Shown: positions 24,801 through 39,800 of the stretch, in pieces
How the letters are laid out: each line of letters begins with the position of its first letter
Numbering within the stretch: the first letter of the stretch is position 1
Source of the DNA: Enoplolaimus lenunculus
Lineage: Eukaryota
Assembly: GCA_030248215.1 (NCBI GenBank)
Contig: JASANG010003092.1
Location: 744,001 to 808,000 of the forward strand
Length of the DNA stretch: 64,000 nucleotides
Direction: 5' to 3'
Program-made: the position numbers and the translations under genes
Notes under the pieces: generated by a model
The model's input: only the letters and a program-made list of their open reading frames with translations
What the model was told of the DNA's origin: nothing
Databases searched by the model: none

Positions 24801-27800
24801 CTTATTCATGCCAATAAAATCTCTAAACATTAAAATATTTTGAATTTGCAAAACGATCTGCTTGAGCTGTTGTGATTTTCATTGTTTATCCAGTCCTGCA
24901 ATTTATCTTACATCTTATAAAGAAACGAATGTTTCTAAATGAAGTGTAGAATTTAATCTGACCAGCGGCCGTACTTTCCAACGCTATCACTTTCGAACAA
25001 CTGAATGCTAAAATTCGCGATTCAACAAGATTTTTTGTATTTCAGTTTCCATAGTTCTATGTCAATTTTGAGATCTACAAATTGGAAGAGCTCGATGCTA
25101 TGCACACTTGATAATACGGTCACAAGTAATATTTGCTCAAAAAAACGTACCGCTCACGACGCTGGTACGTGCCAAACTGTTGCGGACCTGGTTTGGGCCG
25201 TGCTTTTTTGAACAACAACACTTGAATTATGTTAACCGGTAAGACGACCAGTGTCGATATTATTGAAATGTATAACGTTTGTGCCGAAAACGAAAATGGT
25301 CCCATCTGGAAAAAATATTAAAAAAATTAAAAAATAAATCACAAGCTACTTATTTCGGCGGTTATATTCGTTTATAAGGAAACTGTTTTAATATAAAGCA
25401 TAAAATTTTTATTTTCATGGTTGACACCGATCACATTTGAGCATGACACGATCATATTAGATTTTCTGTTGTAGAACACACGAGCTCCCAAAATTCGAGT
25501 CAATAAGTCTAAAGATTGATGGCAAGTTTGGAACGCGTTTGACTAAAGTCAAGTTATGAGCGGACATTCCGAAAATTTTTCACTTTTTAATAACTGAGCG
25601 GAACAAGTCCATTTTTGGATAAAATAGTTTTTCTACAAACGATTTTGTTTTCTAAAGCAGTACCCTTTTTAGCTCGTTCCCCCTTTACCCGGGGAAAGGG
25701 GCAGGGTTCGCGTTAGGATAGTCGCCCTCCAAAGCAGGTCCTAGTTGGGCCCGTAATAAAATGTTTCACAGCTCTATAGCTCCGTAGTTACGACAAAAAT
25801 TTTAGTTTGCCAAGATGATTCCTCCAATGCTCGGTTCCATAATCGGGCGGGGGCGTTGGGGTGCGCTTCCGACGGCATTGGAAAGGGGTTGTTGGGCGCT
25901 AAACACGGCCCTGAGTCTTAATATTACGAATGAGACGTCGCAGCCAGAATATTGGAAAAGTCGTTACGTTCTATTTTTCTGCTATAAAAAATTTCGTTGG
26001 TAGGCTTCTTGTATTTCAACCGGAAGAGGCCCTACCCCTCTAAACAATCCAGTCACGCATATTTACCTTTAATTTAGTATTTGTTGACTGTACGCCTTCT
26101 TGTGCTCGGAAAAACATCGCGTTTGCAATCATTGTGCAAAACATTAAGCTGATACAACACGATAGTCGTTGTGCACGAGTGAAATGTGATCTAAAACATT
26201 AAAGAGAACAATTCGTTAGGGTTGCGCTATACTTTTTAATTATTTTAATGCTGTCCGGCACCGTCTGTCACAGCCCGTCACCCGTCGACACCATTCGTCA
26301 CCGTGCATCAGTGTGTTGTGTTTTACGCGAATTACTCACGTACGGTACCGTATGATGACGGATAGTAGCGGACGGCTGATGGACGTGCCGTACGACAAGC
26401 ATAGCGCAAGCGTTACTCTTGGCAAACAAAATTTGGCTGAGTTTTAGTAAATACAATTTGATTTCTGTGCGATATTAACTCGACATGTACCAACCAATTT
26501 TTATAAAAAATACTTTTCTTCAACCATTTTAATATTCATAAGTATTTTCTATTTCATCTGATATCTACTTTAAAGGCTCGGATTCAAATCCTGGCAATCG
26601 AACCTTTCAGATCGCCACAACACCGACAACCAAATATGATCGTTGGTCAATTTTTTGCGCATACTCAAATTGAACAAATACGTCGCGTTCGATGTGTCTT
26701 GTGGATCGACTGCGGGCAACATTCGATCAACCTTCCCATCACCTTCTTCAACTGCGAGCCAACAGTTAGCAATGAATAGAAATCTAAAAACACAAATCTC
26801 AAGAGACACTATTCTCAAATGTGCATAGCAACTATGGGAACCAATGGGTAATACAACTTTAAATTCTCATGCTAGTGAATGACAATATTTAAACCCTCTC
26901 CCTTCAGCAGCGAGCCAAGATGTACTGCAAAAAACTACACTGGCGAAACCAAGTATTTTGGAGCTGGAGTGTGGTAAACATTGGTATACCGGGATGCCCT
27001 TTAGACCCGTACTGGATTATAGTTTTAATGCATGGAACGAAATTTCATGTGCAAGGACACATATTTGGACATTTTTATATTTGCTTATGTGTAAGTTTGC
27101 AACCGGGTTTTAAGCAAAGTAAAAGACAAAGCTCCAACGTTATGTTTGTATTCATATCCCATACGACTATTTTAGCCTGCGTGGTCCGGTCGGAACGATG
27201 GACCCCGGGTTCCATCCACCATCCGCAGAGGAAAATACTTGCCCAAATTGATGTCAGCTTAAGATAATATACAAAATACATACATGTTAAAATTAAAGTA
27301 TTCGTAAAGCAAACAGGCTTAGAATTATAGAACAACAACACAAATAAAAAGTAAAGAACAATATTACTTGTTCAGAATGTTCCACTTAAAAGTATAAAAG
27401 CAAATTTGTATATGGATATACAAATCTGCTGGAACGCTGCTCAAAATACGTATGTGTGGCGTTCCAGCTTTAATATATAAACTAGGCAGGCAGCCGGTTT
27501 TGCGCAACGCGCAAAAGTTAGCGAGTGTACAGACATCTTCACGCAGATATTTTTTTCACAGAACATTTGAGAATTCATTGTAAACAAAGTTATGCTGGAA
27601 AGTTGCCCAAAATATGTATGTGGGGCGTTCCAGCTTCAATATATAAATATAAATAGTAAATATAACTTAAAAGGCTCATGTATAGAACAGGATACGAATG
27701 CCTTTAGCCGAAGCAAGCGTAAATATCATGGTTCTGAACCTAAACTCAGAGCCTAAGCCTCAACATAAACTTAATTGTAGTTTTAAGACCTGCCAGTTTA

Positions 27801-30800
27801 TATAAGAGCAAAACATACTTTAACTTACTTTTCATTTGTCTGCAAATCTTGAATGACAACATGCGACAGATGCCATGATGCAGTGTTGTTTTTACCGGAA
27901 TTATCGTGCCAAATTCGAATATAACTCAACGGTCCAAGATTACCCGACACACTCATGACAAAGTTGCACACGCTGGCGGTATCAAAATTCTGAAAAAGAA
28001 AATCAAATGCTAAGTAAATTGCAATTTAACACAGAAATCGAAAATTATGAGTACATGTGATATAAAGGGAGCTAACGACCATTTGCTGTTGTGTGATTTT
28101 TGACCACGATTTTTAATGGAACGTTTTCAGTTGCTAAAACTTATTTTCAAACGTTATGGAACATGACGCCGTTTGCAAAATTGACGCATCGTCTACGGCT
28201 GGCATGCTGTTTAAAAGCGTTTTATTTTTTGCACGATTCCTGCAATGCAAAAACCGTAACAAAGGCCGTACTTTTCGTTTTCCGTCATCAATTTTTCGTA
28301 CTCCTGAATCTGAGCGTTCACCGGTTACAGTCATACTTACACGACTTTTGGTTCCTGCGTTTCGATGTAATGCTGAAACAGATTTAAACGCAAATCAGTG
28401 TCGAATCATGGATTATTCAATAGAAACTATTTTTTTGTTTCGAAGTTTTACAATTTTCAACACGACAAGACTGATGGGTAGATGCAGATACTACTATACC
28501 CTAGATTCGCCATTACAATAGGGACAAATCTTAAATATAGGAAATTGTGAATGATACTGTGAGCTGCATTCTCTGTTAATCTGTGATAAAAGTCAAAATA
28601 TACGAATACCGCTCGCAATTCAGAGAGTTTCGTCCATAAATGGGCCCATTTAAAGATCAGTGGCGGAACGATTTTCTGTGGAACTAGAAAAGAGTAAGCT
28701 AAAGTTTTAGACTAATTTTTTGCTTGGCTTAGGTTTAGGCTTAGGAATATGCTCATTCTTACGCTTAGGTTTAGGCTTAGGCTTAGGCTTAGGCTTAGTA
28801 ATATGCTTGTAATACTGTTCCGCCCCTGTTCTTTACATTGATTCATAAAAGTGGCAAAATTATGTACGAAAAAGAAACATAACCCGTACTAATGTAAACT
28901 GTAATACTTGATTGACAAAATTTTAGATAGGAATGGATATTGAGAGAAGTGTGGCTACTAGAAATTGCTATTTCCAAGGCCCGTATTCTGAAATGCGTGT
29001 TTGGTGATGGTATTGTAACTTTCGAACCAGTGAATGCTGAAGCTCAAAATTCAGGACATCTTTTGCATATATTTTGCTCTACTCTTGTACCAATTTTGAG
29101 TTCAACAACTGCAATAGTTAGTGTGTTTGAAAACCGTTTATTAACTGATAGTTAGTGTGTTTGAAAACCGTTTACTAACTGATGTAGTTGCTATACATAT
29201 TTGAGAATATGGGTCCAGGATGTAGCGTTTCATTACTCTGCAATCTCTTGAAACTCCGCCAAATATAACACCAAATAACATACATGTATGGATTTGAATC
29301 ATATAGTGATAGCGATCAGTGGGCAAATTGTCCGTCAACGGCAACGCGCTCCACTAAAACATTGGATGTGAATGATAAAACGTTCGAGTATATTTGGTTA
29401 GGTCATGAGAAGCTCAAATATGCAAAAATATTCAAAATCCTGCGAATTTTTCGGCAAACGCTGGTTGAGAAAGAGAATATATAAAAAAGATTTTATCAGC
29501 CGATAAGTGTAACGCGTCTAATGTTTCGAAATTCTTCGCCAAATGCCGGTCATCACACGTTGACTCATTTACTTCTTCATTTTTTAAAAAATTAATATTT
29601 TCAAGTTGCAACCATGAAAATCAACAAACTACGTATATTATTACTCGTTCAATATCGGCTTTGTCTTTGCGTCGAGCCCAAACTAATCCCAATATGAATA
29701 TGCCAAGACTACAAATCACAAACGAAAATACTGCGGCGTTTTCACCTACAAAAAATAGATTATACTCAATGCAAGCATGAAGAAATCCCCGGTCATTATA
29801 AAAAACAGGGCCGTAACAGTAGTATAAGCATATTCCTAAGCAGTCTAAAGCTTAAGCTTACTCTATAGGAGTGCCAAACAAAAACGTTCCGCCCCTGATC
29901 CTTACATGGACCAAAGGTCTTTAAAGAAGTTTATAAAAGTGTAAGGCAAAGTGACCAGTAGTTGCAGGTTGGGTTTTTAACTATAAAATTCGACGTACAT
30001 CACAAATTTGATATTTTACAGTTGAGTTAAATGGCAATAGAAAGCTTGTGAAACTTTAAGTTGCATTTTCGATATTCACAGAAAAAAACTTAAATTAAAA
30101 TTTCCGTTGTCAAACAAAACACATAAAGGATGATATCGCTTTCTTTAGCGTCACTCGAACAAACCCCTGTAACGATGTGTACTATATAATACAACTGGTT
30201 CTTAACTAAACGAGTGGGGCACGTTTACGTGCCTTTTATAGTTGAGTTAAAATCGTATTACGGGTTTTATACGTTACAGTCCGCTTAAAATCTATTTAAA
30301 AAGTCTTGGAATGATTTTCACCACTTTGACCATCCACCCCATAAACAAATTAGCGCAAAATACTGTGTTGCTTTATATAGATTTGCGCCTAAATCCCATA
30401 TAAAAATTAACGTATTTTTGTACGTTACCTAAATTGGCAAATTTCGCAAATACAGTGCTGAAATCAATCGTGTTTGGAGGAACGTAGAAATCTGCTCCAA
30501 ACATCGTTAAATGAGTGCAGAGACACTGCGTTCGTCGCGGTGTTGTCAGCGCTCCGACCTGCAATATTAAAATTATCAGTACTTATTTAGTTTCCGCCCC
30601 ACATAAAGTTTCCCCACACATGATGAACCGAAATCTAAACCAACGGCTGAAAATAAAAGCTTAAGCTTAAACTTAAACCAAATTATCATACAAGCAAGAC
30701 GCAAGCAGGTATTTCAATCGTATGGTTCAAAATGTAAAACGCACATATAATCGGGATGTAAGCAAGGATTTAGTCAGGATTTTAATTCGGAAGCGATAAC

Positions 30801-33800
30801 CACGTCTAAAAATCCTTTTGCGAGCGAGTGTAGCGAGTGAAAATAGGTTTCACCAGTACCGGTTGTTCTACAGCGTGTACAAAAATGACTTTTTGTGTCT
30901 TTTCAGAAATTTCGGGAGACATATTCCTCTTATTTTCTAATGTATACGCCCTTGGATAGAAGGAATGCATAGTCCTCAAAATATTTGAAGAAGATGAAAA
31001 TAGACACTATTATAAATTATTAAGCTTCACTATTGACTTGAGTCTTGTCAACCTGAATTGAAGTTTTGCCTACGTTATTATTGTGACCTAAAATAAAATC
31101 AAACAGCCCAATCACAAATCTAAATTTCTGCTTCAATTATAAATTATATTTAATACTTAATACCAAGAGTGGAAAATCACAATTTAACAAGAGTGTGCAA
31201 CTGTGTACATTTTGTTTAGAAAAGAATGTATCCGGCACGCGTTGCGTTTTTGCCCTACCCCCTTTATTTAGAAGAGGGTACAACCATTGCGAGCCATGGC
31301 ACTTTATGTATGCGGCATCTAAACATGCTCCTCTTATAGATTAATTTGCCTCCTCTAAAAAGGGGGTAGTGCAAGAACGCAACGCGTGCCGGGTACACTC
31401 TTTCCTACACAGAATGAGTCTAGTTGCCCAGTCTTGTTAAATAGTGATTATCCATTCTTGGCAATACTAACCTCACATCCGGTTACGTCCCATTTTTGCT
31501 TTTCATCGCTCCAATATCGACAACCGGAAGTAAACAAGCGAAATGTATACGATGTTTCCCATAGTGACAGCAGATCCGGGTCCGTAGTGTTCCCAATTGT
31601 GTCATTAAACCGAAATCCTGTAACAATTAATTAGCATGAAGTGAAAACACTACAAAAATTTGTTTTTACACCAAGTAAAATTTGTCGGCTTTAGATGACT
31701 TTTGTAATTTAATCAGCGGCTTAATACCGTACTAAATTGTACTACGGTTGACTTGTAATGCTGTCTTGGCTAATGTCCAGATTTAACAATTTAGAAAAAT
31801 CAACGCACGTAGTCAGGTGAAGTACTGGCGTCTAGACTACTAATCCATGAACCAATTAAACGTTTTGCAACTGTTCTAAGCTTAGGCTTAGGTATCAGCT
31901 CATTCTTATTCTTACGCTTACACTTAGGCTTAGGCTTAGGAATATACTTATACTACTGTTACGACCTTGTTCTATACATTGTTCAAAGTAGACAGTACCT
32001 TTTGGTATAATCCCAATGTACCACTGCGCGCGGCCATTCATTGATTTCGGAAACATCATCGTATGCTGTAATTCCCAACGTTCAGTTTCATTCACAAACG
32101 TTTGATTGAATTCACTGCTAAGATACGGGTCGTCTTCGTGTTCCGGCGGATGCGGAAGAGTGAAGTTGTAGTCGAATTCTAAAGAAAAAATAAGTAAATA
32201 AACAAATCAAGTTCATAAACGATGTGTAAAAACATTGAAAAGGCGAAAATATTCGTAGAAAAAGTAAATTAGAAAAATGTGGTAAAAATACTTAAAAACA
32301 AATATTTGAATGAAAAAATGATTGAGGAGCTTGAAAACAGCTGAATTAAAAAATTTAAAACGAACTCCATATTTGTGGTATTAAAAGCCATAGGAAACGC
32401 AAAAGTGCTTGTAGATAACGCATATACTCACATACAATAACAATTATGGAACAGCTTAAATTGACTACCTCACATAAATATTTAGGTTTAGACCGCAACC
32501 ATAATAGCACTTGTATACCCTTCGCCCGCATTTGCACTTAAAATCATGCCTAAGTTTCAAAACAGCTTACCTATTTTACTAAGCCTAGAGACCATTTCCT
32601 AAGCCTAAGCTTTGACCTTAAATATGCAGAAAAATCTACGACCGCCGCAATAATTGCATACCATCCAATGTCGGATACGACCCATTACGGAGAAATATCT
32701 CAAATTCATCGCTGGGATCATCCGGAATTAGTGTTATATGAACTGACGACTTATCAAACGCTACCTGAAAACAAAATTGTTCCGAAAAGCCGTTGCTTTC
32801 AACCAAATGATGCTGCTAAATAAATATATTTTGGTTATATTTTTTTGTAAAACAAATGTTTGCCACACAATACTGCAGTAAAAAAACTTGTAGGTTTTTT
32901 GAAATTATGTATTGGTCAGTCTAAGCCAGCCAGAAAGTAACACATCTAGTAATGTCGATGTGTGGGCCCGCAGCCAAGAGGGTACAGGAGGGCACAGCCC
33001 TTCCTCTTGGAAAAATTTTGCTCTAGATGGAAAATTTTCACCCCTACTTTCGAGGCATTGAAAAGCGTTGTATGACCATCATGAAAAAAAATTTTATCCC
33101 CCCAGTAGCCAGATGAGCTGGCTACGGGCCTGGTGATGTGTTATTGCTGTTTTTAAAATTTCAAAAATTACATATGGCGTTGAAATTTCGGCATCTCGAA
33201 AATTTATTTCACTATCACAAAATACTTTGATTGGATGAAAATTCATGTGAGCTGCGGTAGGATGAAACAAAAAATGTCGCATCGGAGGGACACCGTTTTT
33301 GGTTTCGATAAACAGCGAAATTGGATCTTTCGCGTCGGACACTTTGACTTCATCGCCGTCTCGATCTTCAAATTTTAAGCTGGAAAGCAAAAAGATATTT
33401 GAATTAAGTGAACACCGAGCTCAATACCTTTAATTTTAAGCTAAAAATTAAAACTTACTTAAAAGTTATCGAAAATATAATTCCTTGAATTTTAAGCTAA
33501 AAAACGTGAAAGCCCCCTAGGGCTCGAGCCTCAAGCTCCTATAGCTGATGGGCGATGGAAAACGCCTCCCACTCCAGTCGCTGGAGTTCAAATCCTAGCA
33601 TAAACGTAGATCTCAGATGAAATCGAAAATATTCATGTGATAAAGAGTTAATATTAACTTAACTAATATAAAGGCCAAGTTTATAACAGTTTTGACAAAG
33701 TTTTTTTGACATATTTCTGATGTTTTTTTGTTTTTGACAGACCTAATTTTAGGTTGGAACCTGAACCCCGGAATCTGTGGAGCGGGCGTTTACCTTCACC

Positions 33801-36800
33801 TGCTCATCTACAATAGCATATACTCTACGTACAAGGAATTAAGACTACTTCGCAGATGGTATAAGGAACAACAGTGAAACTCAATGAATATTATGATTTT
33901 GATATTTAGAACGCTTACCTTACAACAGGTGATTGAATCGTTCGAGAGCTTTCGTCATATCCCATTGGATTTGAGTTTGACACCACAAATTTTGTTGTCA
34001 CTGGTTTACCATTACCTTTCACCAATCCTGAAATATAACAAATAGCAATTAATCGCACTCGTTGTGATAAAAATTGGAATAGTCAAATTAGTAACAGAGA
34101 CAATTTCGTGATCATACGTTGTGAGGTAAACAATGATTTAGCTTCACAGATTCGCGGGTATACGAGCCAAGAGCAAACTGCAGTTTCTTAACTAATTAGT
34201 TGTCCTTTTCGGGCAGTGACAAAATTTTTTAACTAAACTCGAGCAGTGGTCGGGCAGACCGTGCAGTTCCAACAAACCATGACCTACGCCTAAGCCTAAA
34301 CAAAAGCCTAATTGCACAAGTTAGATAGTTAAATTCTAAAAGCATCAAACACTGGGCTCATGTTACCATAGGAACTTGCTTATTAAGCATAATTCAAAAC
34401 GTAAGCATAACATTAGCCTAATCCTAAGCCTAAGTCTAAGGTTAGCCTAAAAGTAAATTTCCAAGACTATAAATATCTCGTCCATATGTCTCACAGTGAG
34501 AAAACCCCAATAAATATTAGCCAAACACTAAATCATACCTGGTGGAACACTGATTGCAGCTTTGTCTGTTTTGACTTCTGTTGCGTTCTTGCCAACTTGA
34601 TCTGCATCTGTTTGGCCAACCTGAAACAAAGAAATTACTGAATATACAAAATTGATACCTAAATTTCAAAATTAAAAGATATCAATTTAATATTTATTAA
34701 CCGTTTTACAATGTATCGTGTCGTTAATACAAAATAACTTACGAGGTATAGGGTTGGAGGACATCTAGGTCATACAGCATGCCCCGCAAACAGGGCTCGT
34801 AACTAAACATCTACATTACAGAATTGTACTAAAATTGCTTTTAGGTACTAGAGTACTTTTTTCACCGCGTTTTTGTTCACTATTATATATATCACGCGCC
34901 TTGTGTCCGAAATTCCTAGTGTCTCATTAACACAATGTTCAACTATGACTCAGCTCATCGCAAATTTAATTAACTCATACCTTGAGCTCCATGTGTGGAC
35001 TCTTGACGCTAGCAAGTTTTTCTGGTTCGTTCACAGCACCAGGTTTAACACAACGCGCTCCGACTCCAGTGGCGATTGAATCAGTTGCTCTCAACGAACT
35101 CGCAGCGACTTGTGCTTTCTGCAAAAAAAACCATGGATTAGTGCTGTCCAGTGCACGAAAATTCTAAATATTTTATAATTTTTGCAAAATGCGATTCTGC
35201 TTGTTGCATGCAACCAACGGGCTGGGATGATGATACTTTTGAAGATTTCTAAATTTCATAAATAGTTGGGCTAATGTTAGTTTTAGGGGCGTACAAGTAG
35301 ATTAAGCGTATTCATAGGCCTAAGCCCAAGCCTAAGCGTTGCAAAAATGTGTTCCTAAGCCTAAGCCTAAGACTAAGTCTAAGCCTAAGCCTAAGCCTAA
35401 GCCTAAGCCTAAGGCTAAGCCAAAAATTATAATCTAGAATCTAAACCTACTCTTTTATAGACCCACCAGAAACCTCTACGCGCCTTAAAGTAATATGGGA
35501 CAATAGTTGTTTAATGTGCGGAAATTTTGTCAGTCAGAGTCAGAGTTTGACTTAACACAAAATATTCACCTGTTTTTAGCCAATTACAACCGATAAGTTA
35601 CTGCTGATAAAAACAATCGCGTACCTAAAACCAAAGGCGTAGCCAGGCATTTATTTTTGGAGACAATAACCACGTTTAAATATCTTTATTGCGAACAGCG
35701 AGCATTGCGCGAGCAGCGAGCACAGCGAGCGACAAAATTTTGCTAACCACCGCAGGTTATTCTACAACCTGCGAAATTGCTTATTTCGAACCTTTCCGGA
35801 AATTGCGGGGACAGATATATTCCCCTGACACCCCCTTGTATACTCAGTTGTTAAGAACACTCAAATATAAATAATAGTTTTGTTACCTAATTTGGTTAAA
35901 AACAATTAAAATAAACCAGAAACACGTGAAAAGACTAACCTGTTTTTTCATCTGTTTATCCCAAACCGGTTGCAGAGTAAGGCGTTCTTCAGGCAAAAAG
36001 AATCCAGCGTAGCGATCTTTTTCAAAACTTTTAATCATTTCCGCTTCAGTTTTCGGTTTTTCGTCAACGTCACGTGCCGACGGATCAGACCATTTGTCGG
36101 CTTCCATGTCAATTCCTTTTTTAATCATTGATCCCATAGACGATAGTAAATCTAAATTTTCAAAATAATTCTCTACATTATTAAACATTCGGTACTATTC
36201 ACACGTGCACGTTTTTGGAGCCAGAACTTACATCTGCACCTTGCACGTACAATTTATTTGCACTGAAAAATTTAGAGCTGTAACTTGGGCACACAAATCG
36301 CAACTGCAATTTTTATCGCTGCAAACACTTGCACTTGCGAACACGGTTTAATACAACTGCTATTTTTAAACTATAATTACTTTGAAAAAGTCAGTTCATC
36401 TTAAAATCTATCTGCTAAACTTATAATTATTCAATTCACTTGACTTACAAACAAAATAGATTTTAGTATACTTATATTTTGCAATTGAAAATTTTCCAAT
36501 TTAAAGCCAATAAAATGGATCAAAGTTTACCGCGAGCAACGTTCATCGCCGCTTGATCACTCGATTTTAATTTGTTCATTTTTCCTGCCATTGCGTCACA
36601 GCTGTTTGCAGCTTTTTCCTTAAATTGGTAAACTAAACTTAGTTGCCCTCAAATACTCAGACAATTACACTCTGTACACTTCCGACGTTTAAGTACGGTA
36701 GCTATCCTAACGCTAGGCCTTTTGCTAATCCTAAGCACAATCAAAAGTGATTCAACGGTCTAAAGATGGGCGAAAAATTGTTGCGTCTATGTCAGACATC

Positions 36801-39800
36801 AGGTTACAAAATGTTCGTCGACGAATTGTCCCGATGAAATATCATGATACTACAAACATAACTAGCATTTATTGTTCAAAGTTAAAATTTGATTAATTAA
36901 TAAATTCAAACAGTGTTCGTTTTATACCTGATTATTGACTTCCAAAGCGTCCGCGTCATCCGACACAACGCTTAATATATTTGACGTAAGCTCAAGCTCA
37001 TCCACAGTATTAATTTCATCAACTGCGCCATCCAGCATTCCAACCATATTGTTCAGTAAACCCGATTTGTCGCCACCACCGTTTTTCAACTGCAAACAAT
37101 CCAAATAATTGAATTTTAAAAAATTTCAAAAAACTTAACAATTCGGAAACGCAACAACTCTATTTTAAAATAAGTGGTATTTGAAAATTTGAAAAATTGC
37201 AGCTACTACTCGAATCCGCGTTGTCAAACAAATAAATCGGCAGAGTCCAATATAAATCGAATACGGACTCATATTTTCAAATGCAGTTAGCATCTGCCAC
37301 CAGTTAGCGATTGGTTTTCAAACTGACGAACTCCAACAATTGCAGATCTCATAACTGCCTCAAAAATGAGACCAGTCAAATGCGATAAATGTGCTTAATT
37401 TCGAATTTCATCATTATCTGGTTCGAAAGCTACAAGACATATCGCCAAGTAGTGATTGATGTTGCACACATTTGAGTATATGGGCCAAAGGTTTAGGAGG
37501 CACGAGTGTATCGTACGACCCGCTGCTCTGGTTTAGCTTACAGAGCGCGATCGACCTGTGATGGGTCACAACTCATGTATTTATCTTTCGTGGGGAGCGC
37601 GACGTTGCAGTTGTTCAAATCAGACAACGACAAACCAAATCAACTCTATTTCAGGTGGCCAGCGCAAGTATTAATTAGACAGTAGTAATCTTCTTAACCG
37701 ATTAACCGTGCCAAAACTATTAAAGCAGATGTATAACAAACAATGATTTTAGAATTGCATGTTTTACGATCGTAACAATCACTTTGCGGACAAGGTACTT
37801 ATTTTAGATCAAGCGGATAAAACAAGTGCATAAAGAAACTAAAATTGCGGTTCGGAAACTTCAAAACAACACAATCTAATTTTGTATATCCGAAAAAGAA
37901 AATTTAATTGCAAATATCCGGATTTCCGGATAAATATGCGGCAAGAATTGTTGGATATCCGTATATGACTTTTGAAAACACAGCAATTTTGGATATACAA
38001 AATAGAACATTTAATTACAGATATCTTGATATCCCGATAAATATCCAGCAAGAATTGCTTGAATATCCGTATATGACTTGGTATAAACACAGAAATATAC
38101 ATCTAACATACCGCTGCCAACTGCCGAGCTGCATCTGCAAGCGCCGCAAGGTTTCCAGTCAACGGCCGAGAGTTGCGAATATGTAAATGTTGATCGAACA
38201 ATTCCTGACGGCCTTCTTTCATTACCAAAACTCTGAAAATTTCAAAAAAACGCTAATGCCGTTGAAGACAAGATTTTAAAGTTAAGACGTTCGTACCATA
38301 TCATTATTGTGCACCTTTACCTTAAATTACTTGTACTCTGAATGATTCAATAGATGTGTTGTGGGGGTGGGAATTCCGATAGTTTGGTTTTTTGCTTTGC
38401 TGTCGAGTTTTCAGAAAATTGTTTTTGGTGGCAATTGAAAAATTAATAAATTTTGTTAATGAAAATTTAAAGCAGCAAACAATTAACAACTGTTGATTTT
38501 TTGTTGTTAATGTATCTTTGACAGTCTCGTACCATACCGCATGGTGACGGATGGTAACGCACGGCAACGGATAACAGTTACACGACAACAAGTCACGCTT
38601 AAACTATATGCAGCTGAATTTTGCTATCAAATTTATGTTTTAACATCTGTCGTCATAATAAAATTCGAAACTAACCTAAAAATTGGATCGTCAATTCGAA
38701 AAATATCGAGTGGAAAATAAAATTTTCCAGAATCCACCGTCAAAAATTCTGTGACGTTGGCTATCAAATTTATGTTTTTACATCTGTCGTCATAATAAAA
38801 TTCGAAACTAACCTAAAAATTGGATCGTCAATTCGAAAAATATCGAGTGGAAAATAAAATTTTCCAGAATCCACCGTCAAAAATTCTGTGACGTTGTCGA
38901 AAAAACAATCGCCAACAATTTCACGAAAGCTTACATACTGATCTTCGTAGAGAACGCGGCCGGTTTTGTTAACCTAAAAGTTGAATATATATAGATAATA
39001 TATATGTTTATATATTTAAGCCATATCCATACTTACGTGCAAATTTTATATATGCAAGCGTTTGCAAGCTTCTCTAGCGACTTGGTAGAAGTAACATGAC
39101 TATTGTTCAGAGGCGGATCCAGGGATTTCTGACGGGGTGGCAAATGTTATGAAACGTAAAAATTGTACGGTAGAAACCTTATCATTTTATCACCAAAAAA
39201 TTCCTGACGGAAAAATTACGGATTTTAACTTTTTTACAAAATATTTTCTGACGTGAGAAATTGTAAGGTAGCAACTTTATCACTTTATCACAAAAGCAAG
39301 CACATCCTGACAGTTTATCAGTCAGCTTACTTAACTCTCAGCTGGCTACGGGCATGTGTTTTCTGTAAGGTTTTTAAAGTTTACCCCGCAGATATCTGTA
39401 ACTTCGCAAACAAATTCGATAATGGTAAATCAGAACCTATAGTAATTTTGAGATTCTTGACACATTTGAAACAAGGTATATCCCCAATATAATGAAGTGC
39501 CCCCTGTTGTTTATCGTTCGGTAACTCATGGCAAAACGAACTCACTTCAGTTACAGTTGCTTTATCCGCTACGCACCACATTGCATACTGAATATTGGTC
39601 ATATTGTACGGTTCCACATCCGGATCTCGAGAATCCCGGAATAAGTCGATGAGGTAAGTGTCGTTCTCAGACCGGTAATAGTAATGCGACGGGCCACCAG
39701 ATATGAACGCAAGCAGTGGTGACTGCACGACTTTAAAGTAAACCAGCCGATGTTCATTAATGTTGGATACGTCAGTGATGTCAACCTGGAATTGAAAAGA

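Noticed and set aside
35354..35420. True telomere or chromosome end
   Set aside because: Only about 11 partly degenerate hexamers, internal to a MITE within an intron
39381..39545. 3' extension of the 115-aa ORF as coding sequence
   Set aside because: The perfect GTGAGT donor at 39545 gives the phase needed for exon 22, so the extension is most likely intronic
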